Shown piece by piece: positions 1-7,998 of a stretch of 33,134 bases of DNA. Position numbers and translations under genes: made by a program. Every line of letters begins with the position of its first letter. Within the stretch, counting starts at the first letter, position 1. The notes below the pieces were generated by a model. The model searched no databases and was not told the origin of the DNA. It worked only from the letters and a program-made list of their open reading frames with translations. Source of the DNA: Candidatus Woykebacteria bacterium (GTDB lineage Bacteria > Patescibacteriota > Microgenomatia > Woykebacterales > RBG-16-39-9b); the NCBI GenBank assembly GCA_040876345.1, contig JBBDPM010000006.1, positions 522,547 through 555,680 on the forward strand, written 5' to 3'.

Positions 1-1
1 C

Positions 2-295
2 CGTTCTCGGTCGAACCTGCTCTTCCTTATGGCCACTTTCCTGATCGTGGGCCAACTGTCAGCCATAATCTATTTGCTGATGGTTGTGGTACTTGCCCTG
101 AAAGCGATCTATATCGTACTGATCAATGGATTGATCTGGGTGCTATATTGGAGAAGTCTTTGGGCTGAGGGTACGCCGTTCGGCGGTGGAGTTACCAAGG
201 GGCAAGTGCACAGTCAGGCTCGGAGAAACTGGCAGGGAGTAGTGGGTTACTTCAGGTACATCTTCCCGAAACCAGTAGGTACTCCGATCCTGTAA
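2..295 (+). CDS. Hypothetical membrane protein, probably 5'-truncated by the window edge
   Basis: Frame is open from position 2 (RSRSNLLFLMATFLIVGQ...) through the ATG at 29 to TAA at 293-295; long hydrophobic stretch; no recognised family. Confidence 0.55.
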   Translation, partial: RSRSNLLFLMATFLIVGQLSAIIYLLMVVVLALKAIYIVLINGLIWVLYWRSLWAEGTPFGGGVTKGQVHSQARRNWQGVVGYFRYIFPKPVGTPIL

Positions 296-334
296 TTCTA
301 GCTCTCGAATTTGAAAATTGAGCAGGGGTAATTC

Positions 335-463
335 TGTGGCCGCTCCTTAAGGTGATTCCTAGTGGAATCTATCAAGGCCACACTCCTAAGCAAATTATGG
401 ATTCGACGAGAATACCATCATAGTTTTCTTAGGGGGCCTTTGAAGCGAAAGCTTCAGAGGTCC
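335..463 (+). ncRNA. Three consecutive hairpins (structured 3' trailer or terminator)
   Basis: TGTGGCC 335-341 / GGCCACA 376-382; CTCCTAAG 383-390 / CTTAGGGG 428-435; GGCCTTTGAAGC-GAAA-GCTTCAGAGGTC 435-462. G-U pairs favour the + strand. Confidence 0.4.
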
Positions 464-468
464 ACCAT

Positions 469-1881
469 TTATACTCTCGGAAAAAGTGGTTTTTCGGATT
501 TGATTTTTGGAAAGGAAAATTGTTTTTCGATTTTTTCGGTGGTTTCTGGAAGAAACGGCGCGAGGTGCGCATTAATCACTTTAATATTGCCTAGTAAAGT
601 AGTAAGTACCACTCTTGCTTTAGCCGGATCTGTTTTGACTAACTCCCACGGTTTTTCTTGGTCGACTATCTTGTCCGCTTCTCGAATTTTTCCCCAGATC
701 CAATCTAGCGCACCTTGGAAGTTTAAATCCTCTAAATACTTTTGGTAATCCTTGTCCAACTCTATTTTCTCTGATTTCCAACCGCCTAAATTAATAGATT
801 CGCAGAGTTTTGCTACCCTAGACACTAAATTTCCCAGGCCATTTGCAAGATCGGAGTTGTGGACCTCGTTTAATCTCTCGAATGAAAAGTCACCATCGTT
901 ACCGAAGGGGATTTCTTTGAAGAGAAAGTAACGCAGAGCGTCAACTCCGTACTCCTTTGCGATTGCCAAAGGATCGATCGCATTTCCAAGAGATTTAGAA
1001 ATCTTTTGCCCATCAATTGTGAAAAATCCATGAGCAAATATTCGCTTTGGTAGCGGGTATCCAGCCGCCATTAACATTGCTGGCCAAATTACAGCGTGGA
1101 ATCTTAAAATATCCTTACCTATTATGTGTAGATCTGCCCCGTCCTTCCAAAATTCTTTTGGAGTGCCTGAATAGTAGCTGAGCAGAGCATCAAACCAGAC
1201 ATAAATTCTCTGACTCTCATCAAACGGTACTTTGATCCCCCACGTAGCATTTTCTCGAGAGATAGAAATGTCTTCCAAGCCTCTTCCAACGAAGGAAGTA
1301 ACTTCGTTGCGTCGTTCGATAGGATCAATAAAATGAGGGTTCTTCTCGTACAATTTGTGCAATTTATCCGCAAAGGCGCTCAGTTTAAAAAAGTAATTTT
1401 TTTCTTCTAATTCTTGGGGCTTAGTTTTGTGATCCGGACAGAAGCCTTTTTCGTCTAAATCGTCCCCTTTGATAAAAGCCTCATGACCCACACAATAAAG
1501 GCCTTTATAAACTCCTTTTTCGATGTATTTATTGTCATAAATTTTTTGGAAGACTTCTGGAACAAATTTCTCGTGATCTTTATTTGTAGTTCTAACGAAG
1601 CCAAATTCCCCGTCTAAAATTTTCAACTCTTTCCAAGTGTTCTGCCAAGTTTTGGCCATACTGTCCGAATACTTCTCAACTGACAATTTTCTTTTCGCCG
1701 CCGCCTCAACCGTTTTCTGAGAATTTTCATCACTTCCAGTAAGTAGGAAAGTTTCTTCACCGAGTAATTTGTGGTAGCGAGCCAAAATATCAGCTGCAAA
1801 AGTTGCGTAGGCATGGCCAATATGCGGCACGTCATTTATATAGTAAATTGGCGTGGTAACAAAGAATTTTTTCTTGGTCAT
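469..1881 (-). CDS. metG: Methionyl-tRNA synthetase (short form without C-terminal tRNA-binding domain)
   Basis: TTPIYY..PHIGHAY (HIGH motif), YVWFDAL, IGKDILRFH, KISKSLGN (KMSKS motif). Confidence 0.97.
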   Translation of the reverse strand: MTKKKFFVTTPIYYINDVPHIGHAYATFAADILARYHKLLGEETFLLTGSDENSQKTVEAAAKRKLSVEKYSDSMAKTWQNTWKELKILDGEFGFVRTTNKDHEKFVPEVFQKIYDNKYIEKGVYKGLYCVGHEAFIKGDDLDEKGFCPDHKTKPQELEEKNYFFKLSAFADKLHKLYEKNPHFIDPIERRNEVTSFVGRGLEDISISRENATWGIKVPFDESQRIYVWFDALLSYYSGTPKEFWKDGADLHIIGKDILRFHAVIWPAMLMAAGYPLPKRIFAHGFFTIDGQKISKSLGNAIDPLAIAKEYGVDALRYFLFKEIPFGNDGDFSFERLNEVHNSDLANGLGNLVSRVAKLCESINLGGWKSEKIELDKDYQKYLEDLNFQGALDWIWGKIREADKIVDQEKPWELVKTDPAKARVVLTTLLGNIKVINAHLAPFLPETTEKIEKQFSFPKIKSEKPLFPRV

Positions 1882-2291
1882 CGTGAGGAGAAGTATACCT
1901 CAATAAGTAAAGCAATCGAAACTATAAAGATAGAATTGATTAGGTTGTCTAAATCGTAAATTTTAAAAATTCCAAGTATCAAGACGGCGGTGGCAAAGAT
2001 AGCGCCCCGCCGAAGGGAAGTTCGGAAGACTCGCCTAGGCCTTAGGTCTTCTTGCAAGGGCAAAGACTTTTTAGGCGCTTCTTGAAAAAGAAAACTAATA
2101 AAATAGAGTAATAGACTAACTAGGGTTGTTAGACCAACCCACAAAGAAGCTGAGAAGTAAACAAGGTTAATTTTTACAAGTTCCCCACCCACCTCTGCGG
2201 GTATTGTCGGGGGAATTTTCCAGATAATGTAAGCAAACACCACCCAAGATATTAACGAGATTAGAAAAACTGGTAATAAAAAGCGTTTCAC
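1878..2291 (-). CDS. Hypothetical 4-TM membrane protein, translationally coupled to metG
   Basis: Four hydrophobic segments; ATGA overlap with the metG start; TAATAT 6 nt before the GTG start. Confidence 0.8.
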   Translation of the reverse strand: MKRFLLPVFLISLISWVVFAYIIWKIPPTIPAEVGGELVKINLVYFSASLWVGLTTLVSLLLYFISFLFQEAPKKSLPLQEDLRPRRVFRTSLRRGAIFATAVLILGIFKIYDLDNLINSIFIVSIALLIEVYFSSR

Positions 2292-2359
2292 TATCTAATA
2301 TTAGTATCAACCACCTCAAGTTTACAAGCAAAGATTCATTTGTTAAGATTGGGCGTACC

Positions 2360-3403
2360 ATGGATCAGCAGACTCTTTTACTAATAATTGGCGCGGTTGT
2401 TGTGATCGGATTTTTCGTGTTCTTTCGCCAACTTCAAGAACTGAAAGAGAAAAAGGATGATAAATCTCAAGATATTCTTATGAAGTGGCTTGAAGAAATG
2501 CGGGGCAGTGTTGATAAAAACACCGAGACTTTGGAAAAACGACTTGAGGCAACAAACAGGGCTATAAATGAAAGGCTGGATAACGCGGCCAAAGTTATCG
2601 GTATGGTTGGTAAGGAAGTGGGGCAAATGAGTGAGATTGGCCGTTCCATGAAGGATCTGCAAGATTTTTTAAGAAGCCCTAAATTGCGGGGAAACATTGG
2701 CGAACAAGTATTAAAAGAACTTCTTGGACAATTTTTGCCAAAGGAAAGTTTTCACCTTCAGTATCGTTTTCGCACTGGTGATATTGTCGATGCGGCTATT
2801 AAAACAGAATCGGGTGTGATCCCTATTGATTCAAAATTCCCGATGGAGAATTTTAAGCAAATGATGAAAGCTGAGTCGGAAGCTGAAAAGAAAGTTTTTG
2901 AAAAAGAATTCGCCCGCGATGTAAAAAAACACATTGATGATATTGCCAAAAAATATATTTTGCCGGAGGAAGGCACAATTGATTACGCACTCATGTACGT
3001 GCCTTCGGAACCTGTCTACTACGAAATTATGAGCAATATCCCCGAGCTCTCCGAGTATTCTCACAAAAAGCGGGTTCTTCCTGTCTCCCCCTCCACTTTT
3101 TATGCATATATGCGGGCAATCCTCATGAGCTTTGAAGGAAAGAAAATTGAAGAAAGAGCACGGTCAATACTCGCTGCCCTTCGGGGTATCAAAGGAGACA
3201 GTGAAAAATTTGGAGATGCTTTGCGAGTGCTCACCAAACATATCAATGACACCAAAAATACTTCTGACCTTGTAAATTCCCGATATATTGCGCTAAATAG
3301 TAAAATAGAAACAGCCGGCGGATTGAAAGGAAAGACCGAGGAGGCTCTTTCCGAGCCTGAGACTCTCCCGCTCGAAGAAGCGGAGGAGATGACCGAGCGA
3401 TAG
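2360..3403 (+). CDS. rmuC: DNA recombination protein RmuC family
   Basis: N-terminal TM helix, coiled coil, then RGNIGEQVL, IPIDSKFP, IAKKYI.P..GT.DYALMYVPSE and VSPST motifs. Confidence 0.93.
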   Translation: MDQQTLLLIIGAVVVIGFFVFFRQLQELKEKKDDKSQDILMKWLEEMRGSVDKNTETLEKRLEATNRAINERLDNAAKVIGMVGKEVGQMSEIGRSMKDLQDFLRSPKLRGNIGEQVLKELLGQFLPKESFHLQYRFRTGDIVDAAIKTESGVIPIDSKFPMENFKQMMKAESEAEKKVFEKEFARDVKKHIDDIAKKYILPEEGTIDYALMYVPSEPVYYEIMSNIPELSEYSHKKRVLPVSPSTFYAYMRAILMSFEGKKIEERARSILAALRGIKGDSEKFGDALRVLTKHINDTKNTSDLVNSRYIALNSKIETAGGLKGKTEEALSEPETLPLEEAEEMTER

Positions 3404-3416
3404 ATGGAGGTTGATC

Positions 3417-3725
3417 GTGCGACTGACTTTGGTGGGACTGATCATTGCTGTTCTTCTCTCATGGTGCCTGCTGTTTAAGAGAAGAAGGGAATGTGCATGG
3501 TCCCTGGCTCTTGGGTTACCGAAGTTCATGCGATGCCCACGTTGCGGGCATGTGGTAAAGCTAGGTCTAATCGAAGACGAGCTGAGTCTAGGCCAAGCGA
3601 CAGTGGAGTTCACCAGCGAGGGATTTCAGTGTGGCTGGTGTGACTTGAGATTCTTCAGTCCTCAACAGGCCAAGGCTTACCAAGCGACTAAACAGGCGAT
3701 AGCTGAACAAGCGGCTCGAGGGTAA
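3417..3725 (+). CDS. Small protein: N-terminal TM helix plus CxxC...CxxC zinc ribbon (YgiT/MqsA-type-like)
   Basis: SD GGAGG 3406-3410 favours GTG 3417 over TTG 3411; CPRC...CGWC followed by FFSPQQAK. Confidence 0.65.
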   Translation: MRLTLVGLIIAVLLSWCLLFKRRRECAWSLALGLPKFMRCPRCGHVVKLGLIEDELSLGQATVEFTSEGFQCGWCDLRFFSPQQAKAYQATKQAIAEQAARG

Positions 3726-3739
3726 GAAGGAGGCGCGTG

Positions 3740-3829
3740 ATGAGACGGGTGCTAACGATCGCCGGACTTTTGCTTGGCGGATTGATGGCCTACTTCGTGC
3801 TCGAAGCCTGGAACCACGAAGTGTCGTAG
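3740..3829 (+). CDS. 29-aa single-TM micro-protein (MRRVLTIAGLLLGGLMAYFVLEAWNHEVS), absent from the ORF track
   Basis: SD AAGGAGG 3727-3733, ATG 3740, TAG 3827-3829; basic N-terminus and hydrophobic core. Confidence 0.6.
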   Translation: MRRVLTIAGLLLGGLMAYFVLEAWNHEVS

Positions 3830-3844
3830 GAAAGGAGGCCATAC

Positions 3845-3997
3845 ATGGCACAGTGTGACCTAGAGATAAGTAGGCTGCGGGAACTTAACTACGCAGTGGT
3901 GAGGTTTGTGTTTGCCTGTTGGGCGATGCCTGTTGTCGTGGCAGCAAACGCCTATCGTCAGATCGACGAGGCGCTGGAAAGGGGGTCACGTCGATGA
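3845..3997 (+). CDS. 50-aa hypothetical protein (MAQCDLEISRLRELNYAVVRFVFACWAMPVVVAANAYRQIDEALERGSRR), absent from the ORF track
   Basis: SD AAAGGAGG 3831-3838, ATG 3845, TGA 3995-3997 overlapping the next ATG. Confidence 0.6.
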   Translation: MAQCDLEISRLRELNYAVVRFVFACWAMPVVVAANAYRQIDEALERGSRR

Positions 3998-4251
3998 TGA
4001 TCGACTGGTGGGAGATCCTGAAGATTCTGACCACCTGCTAGGTAGTGATCGTGGTCGGGCTGTCCCAGATCGTGATGTGGCTTGCCAAGTGGCGGGTTGG
4101 GTACAAGTTCTTTGGCGGAGGTAATGAGGGGACAGTCAACTGGGTGTCGGTCTTCACTGTTCTCTGGCCACCTTGGCTGAATTGGCCCGAGCACATCCGC
4201 GAGATAATCCAAGGTCGTCGTTGGTTCGATATTCCACGACAGCCGCGCTGA
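3994..4251 (+). pseudogene. Small membrane-protein gene interrupted by an in-frame TAG (MMIDWWEILKILTTC*VVIVVGLSQIVMWL...)
   Basis: SD-like AGGGGG and ATGA coupling at 3994; TAG 4039-4041 is in frame with ORF 4045..4251 and lies inside a continuous hydrophobic helix. Confidence 0.55.
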
Positions 4252-4271
4252 CCTGGTCTGGCCGACTCAAC

Positions 4272-4312
4272 AACCGCCGAGCTTTCACCCGAAGGCCCGG
4301 CGGTTTCAGTTT
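4272..4312 (+). terminator. Intrinsic terminator closing the micro-ORF operon
   Basis: AACCGCCG-A-GCTTTC-ACCC-GAAGGC-C-CGGCGGTT hairpin followed by TCAGTTT. Confidence 0.6.
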
Positions 4313-4341
4313 GTGGTTGGTAATGATAGAATTGGTGGGCA

Positions 4342-7308
4342 ATGAGGGATATTTTGAAGAATTTGAATCGGAAACAAAAAGAGGCGGTTACCACCACCGA
4401 AGGCCCGCTTTTGGTAATTGCTGGGGCAGGTACTGGAAAAACCACGGTTATCACCCACCGAATTGCCCATATCATCGAGAAGAAACTTGCAAAACCAGCC
4501 GAGATATTAGCTCTTACATTTACAGAAAAAGCCGCCGGTGAAATGGAAGAAAGGGTCGATATTCTCGTCCCCTACGGATATATAGACACTTGGATTTCTA
4601 CGTTTCACGCGTTTGGTAACCGGGTTCTCCAAGAAAACGCCATCGATCTTGGGCTGCCACCAGATTTTCGGGTAATGACCCACCCCCAGCAGGTACTTTT
4701 TTTTCAGCAAAATCTTTTTGCCTTTGACCTTTCTTATTACCGACCACTCTCCAACCCAACAAAGTTTATTGAAGCAATACTATCATTTATCAGTCGGTGT
4801 AAGGATGAAGACATAATCCCAGAACAATACCTAAAGTATATTGAAAAGTTGAAAAGAGTGTCCAATTCCAAGGCACAAATGTCAAAGGAGGAGTGGAAAA
4901 CAGAGGTCAAGAGACAACAAGAACTTGCTAACGCCTATAAAAAATATGAAGAACTTAAGGCTTCGGCAGGGTTTTTGGATTTCGGCGATTTGGTAGTGGG
5001 GACTCTGCGGCTTTTTAGGGACAGGCCTAGGGTTTTGAAAGAATACCAAGATAGGTTCCAATATATATTGGTCGATGAATATCAAGATACAAACTGGGCG
5101 CAGAATGAATTAGTTAAATTGCTGGCAAGTAGTAAGAAAAATATTTGTGTAGTCGCCGATGATGATCAATCTATTTATCGTTTTCGAGGAGCGGCGATTA
5201 GTAATGTTTTAGAATTTAAAAAAACTTATCCAAAAGCAAAGATTGTTACTTTATCCGAAAACTACCGCTCTACTCAACCACTGCTGGATAGTGCATACCG
5301 CCTGATTCGTCACAACGATCCAGACAGACTCGAAGTTCGGGAAAAAATAAACAAGAAACTGGTTTCCACTAGAAAAGAAAAAGGAATATTGCCGCAAGAA
5401 TTATATGCAGATACATTAAGTGAAGAAGCCGATTTGGTGGCTAAGGAAATCGAAAGATTAACTCGTAAAGGAAAAAGTGGATCGGTTCGTGGACTAAAAA
5501 CCTACGAGTACAAAGATACTGCAATTTTGGTGCGGGCAAATTCCCAGGCGGACTCTTTTTTACGGGCCCTAAATATGAAAGGAATTCCCCACAAATTTGT
5601 GGGATCATCTGGGCTTTATAAACAGGGAGAAGTGAGGCTTTTAATATCGGCCCTTAATTCAATTGCAAATTTCGATGATAGCCTGAGCCTATATAATCTT
5701 TCCTCATCAGAAATTTACCAACTCCCAATCGCCGATGCAATTGTCTGCATGGACCGCGCCAAAAGAAAAAACATGAGCCTTCGAAAAGTTTTTGAAAAGG
5801 TCATCGACGGAGGATCAGAACTTGAGTTAAGCAAAGAAGGCAGAGCTATAATCGAAAAAATTATTGAAGATTTAGATTTTGCCTCTGAGCTTTCCCAAAA
5901 AGAAAATGCTGGTAGAGTCCTTTACGATTTTCTAAAAAGGACTGATTATTTATCAAGGCTCGAAAGAGAAGGCGGCGCGGAAGCAGAAATAAAAATCCAA
6001 AATATCGCTCGTTTTTTTGACAAGATAAAAGAATTTGTTGATCTTGTTCAGAATGAATCCGCCCGCGCTTTTATTGATTACCTGGAAACAATGAGAGGTG
6101 CTGGGGATGATCCGGCGACAGTGGAATTTGACCCAGATTTGGACGCTGTCAACGTGATGACAGTGCACTCTGCCAAAGGCTTGGAGTTTCCAGTAGTTTT
6201 TATGGTCAATTTAGTAGCGGAGCGTTTTCCGTCTCGAGACCGAAGCGATCCAATTTCTATCCCAGACGACTTGATTAAAGAGACGCTACCGGCGGGTTCA
6301 TTTCACATGCAAGAAGAAAGACGGCTTTTTTATGTTGGTATGACCAGAGCAATGGATCGGCTTTACTTTAGCTGGGCAAGAGATACGGGTGGAAAACGAG
6401 TTAAAAAAGTGTCACCGTTTGTCCTAGAGGCTTTAGATAAGACTATCTCGGAAGCAGAGCTAGTTAAGCTCTCCGCGGTTCAGAAAATTGAGCAATTCGC
6501 GCCAATTGAAGCCAAAAGTTATAAATTACCCACAGCTGATCAGAAAATTGTTAAGCTAACCCAAGGATCAATCGATGATTATGAAACCTGTGCGTACAAA
6601 TATCGTTACGCCCACGTACTTCGGCTACCTATATTAAGACACCACGCAGTAGTTTATGGGTTTGCGCTTCACGCTGCCATTGCCGATTTTTACCGAGCAA
6701 AAATGCAAGGACGAGCCCTGTCACTACCGCAACTTTTTGAAGTTTTGGAAAACACTTGGGTGACTGAAGGATTTCTTTCCGCCGAGCATGAAGAAAAAAG
6801 GCTCTCTCAGGCCAAGAAGGTGCTGAAGAGTTTTTATAATAGAGAAAAAGATTCTAAAGACGTTCCGACATATGTTGAGGAAAAAATTCGTTTCTCAGTT
6901 GGAGATGTACTTGTTACCGGGCGGTTTGATCGAGTGGATGTAAATGGTGGAAAGGTGAGAATCATCGACTTTAAGTCGACGGAGAATCGTAGTGAAGAGC
7001 AACTTACAAAAGATGCTAAAGAAAGTGTGCAACTTCGAACTTATGCTTTGGGTTACTACAAAAGTTATAAAGTAGTTCCAGAGTTTGTGGGGATTTATGA
7101 TTTAGAGTCTGGCTTATTAGGCGGTTACGAGCCAACTAAAGAGCTTTTGAAAAAGACAGAGGAAGAGGTAGTAAGTGTTGCAAAAAATATCCGTAGAGAC
7201 TTGCAAAACGATAGCTTCGAAGCAAACCCCAAATATTTTGGAAGATTACCCGCCTGTTTCTACTGTGCCTACAATTCAATCTGCCCGTTCTCCTTGGCGA
7301 GAGGTTAA
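4342..7308 (+). CDS. UvrD/PcrA-family helicase fused to a C-terminal PD-(D/E)XK nuclease with four Cys (AdnA/AdnB/AddAB-like)
   Basis: AGAGTGKT, LVDEYQD, ENYRS, MTVHSAKGLEF, EERRLFYVGMTRA; C-terminal CAYKY...GRFDRVD..IIDFKS..QLRTYA...CFYCAYNSIC. Confidence 0.92.
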   Translation: MRDILKNLNRKQKEAVTTTEGPLLVIAGAGTGKTTVITHRIAHIIEKKLAKPAEILALTFTEKAAGEMEERVDILVPYGYIDTWISTFHAFGNRVLQENAIDLGLPPDFRVMTHPQQVLFFQQNLFAFDLSYYRPLSNPTKFIEAILSFISRCKDEDIIPEQYLKYIEKLKRVSNSKAQMSKEEWKTEVKRQQELANAYKKYEELKASAGFLDFGDLVVGTLRLFRDRPRVLKEYQDRFQYILVDEYQDTNWAQNELVKLLASSKKNICVVADDDQSIYRFRGAAISNVLEFKKTYPKAKIVTLSENYRSTQPLLDSAYRLIRHNDPDRLEVREKINKKLVSTRKEKGILPQELYADTLSEEADLVAKEIERLTRKGKSGSVRGLKTYEYKDTAILVRANSQADSFLRALNMKGIPHKFVGSSGLYKQGEVRLLISALNSIANFDDSLSLYNLSSSEIYQLPIADAIVCMDRAKRKNMSLRKVFEKVIDGGSELELSKEGRAIIEKIIEDLDFASELSQKENAGRVLYDFLKRTDYLSRLEREGGAEAEIKIQNIARFFDKIKEFVDLVQNESARAFIDYLETMRGAGDDPATVEFDPDLDAVNVMTVHSAKGLEFPVVFMVNLVAERFPSRDRSDPISIPDDLIKETLPAGSFHMQEERRLFYVGMTRAMDRLYFSWARDTGGKRVKKVSPFVLEALDKTISEAELVKLSAVQKIEQFAPIEAKSYKLPTADQKIVKLTQGSIDDYETCAYKYRYAHVLRLPILRHHAVVYGFALHAAIADFYRAKMQGRALSLPQLFEVLENTWVTEGFLSAEHEEKRLSQAKKVLKSFYNREKDSKDVPTYVEEKIRFSVGDVLVTGRFDRVDVNGGKVRIIDFKSTENRSEEQLTKDAKESVQLRTYALGYYKSYKVVPEFVGIYDLESGLLGGYEPTKELLKKTEEEVVSVAKNIRRDLQNDSFEANPKYFGRLPACFYCAYNSICPFSLARG

Positions 7309-7357
7309 TTAGATTTCTGCCACCTTTTTCCGAAAAGGCAAAATTGGACACCAAAAC

Positions 7358-7386
7358 TTGACTATGGGGTGCTTTTATGCTATAAT
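7358..7386 (+). promoter_or_regulatory. Near-consensus sigma70 promoter
   Basis: TTGACT 7358-7363, 17-nt spacer ending in TGC (extended -10), TATAAT 7381-7386. Confidence 0.8.
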
Positions 7387-7569
7387 ATGAACATAATTTT
7401 GAAACAAATATAGAAAGATCATTTAGCCCCAGTTTGGATCTAGATTAAGTTCAAAGGGAAGATTGAGAGGGGTATTGTTGTAAGCTGGAATTTGAGTACT
7501 ATAGGTACATATTCAACTTCGGGCTTATAAACCACCTGCGAAAGGTGAGACTGGACAAGGAGGTCTGTA

Positions 7570-7665
7570 ATGCCTAGTTGGATGCGCGAGATGATCAGGA
7601 AGGGGTTATGCCCTTCGTGCGATAGCCACATCGACCCAAACGGCCACTGCCGATGTTCCAAGTAG
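7570..7665 (+). CDS. 31-aa Cys/His-rich micro-protein (MPSWMREMIRKGLCPSCDSHIDPNGHCRCSK), possible zinc finger
   Basis: SD AAGGAGG 7557-7563, ATG 7570, TAG 7663-7665; CPSC...HCRC. Confidence 0.6.
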   Translation: MPSWMREMIRKGLCPSCDSHIDPNGHCRCSK

Positions 7666-7941
7666 CCCGATCCCGGCAAGACGTTATCAACCGTCGAACT
7701 TTTCAGAGGAGGTTCTATCACCATGAAGTGACGGCATGAACAACCAAACTGAAAAGCGCCGGGGCAAGGGGAGTCGTTGAAACGAGTCGGTTCCGATCGA
7801 TGACGCCACACTCCCCTCAGCCCTCAGGGACTTGGCCCGTAAGTAATTACGGGGCTTAAGAGAAAAGGAGGTGAATAAAATCCCCCGAATCTTAAGGGCC
7901 AAATTTTTGAGGGTTAGGAAAAGTAACACCCAAGAGTTAAT

Positions 7942-7998
7942 AACCAAAAACCTGGCTTGGAATTAAGCTAAAAACTATTCTAGGCCAGTTTTTTGGTT
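7942..7998. terminator. Probable bidirectional intrinsic terminator
   Basis: AACCAAAAACCTGGCTTGGAAT / ATTCTAGGCCAGTTTTTTGGTT imperfect inverted repeat with A and T tracts, between convergent units. Confidence 0.7.

Larger units (their letters stand above)
7393..7998 (+). ncRNA. Candidate ~600-nt structured RNA or dual-function transcript of unknown family
   Basis: Stems with G-U pairs on the + strand: 7478-7486/7522-7530, 7533-7547, 7672-7677/7758-7763, 7768-7774/7810-7816, 7819-7838/7896-7915. Bounded by a promoter and a terminator; no long ORF. Confidence 0.55.

Noticed and set aside
4039-4041. Alternative genetic code (TAG or TGA reassignment)
   Set aside because: Conserved genes are full length in code 11 and end in TAG (rmuC, dnaJ) or TGA (dnaK, lepA).
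7393-7998. tmRNA, RNase P RNA or self-cleaving ribozyme; also minus-strand ORFs 7440..7811 and 7687..7947
   Set aside because: No tRNA-like ends or ALAA-type tag, no GAGGAAAGTCC, no CTGANGA/GAAA core. The minus-strand ORFs lack initiation signals and oppose the promoter, SD and G-U polarity.
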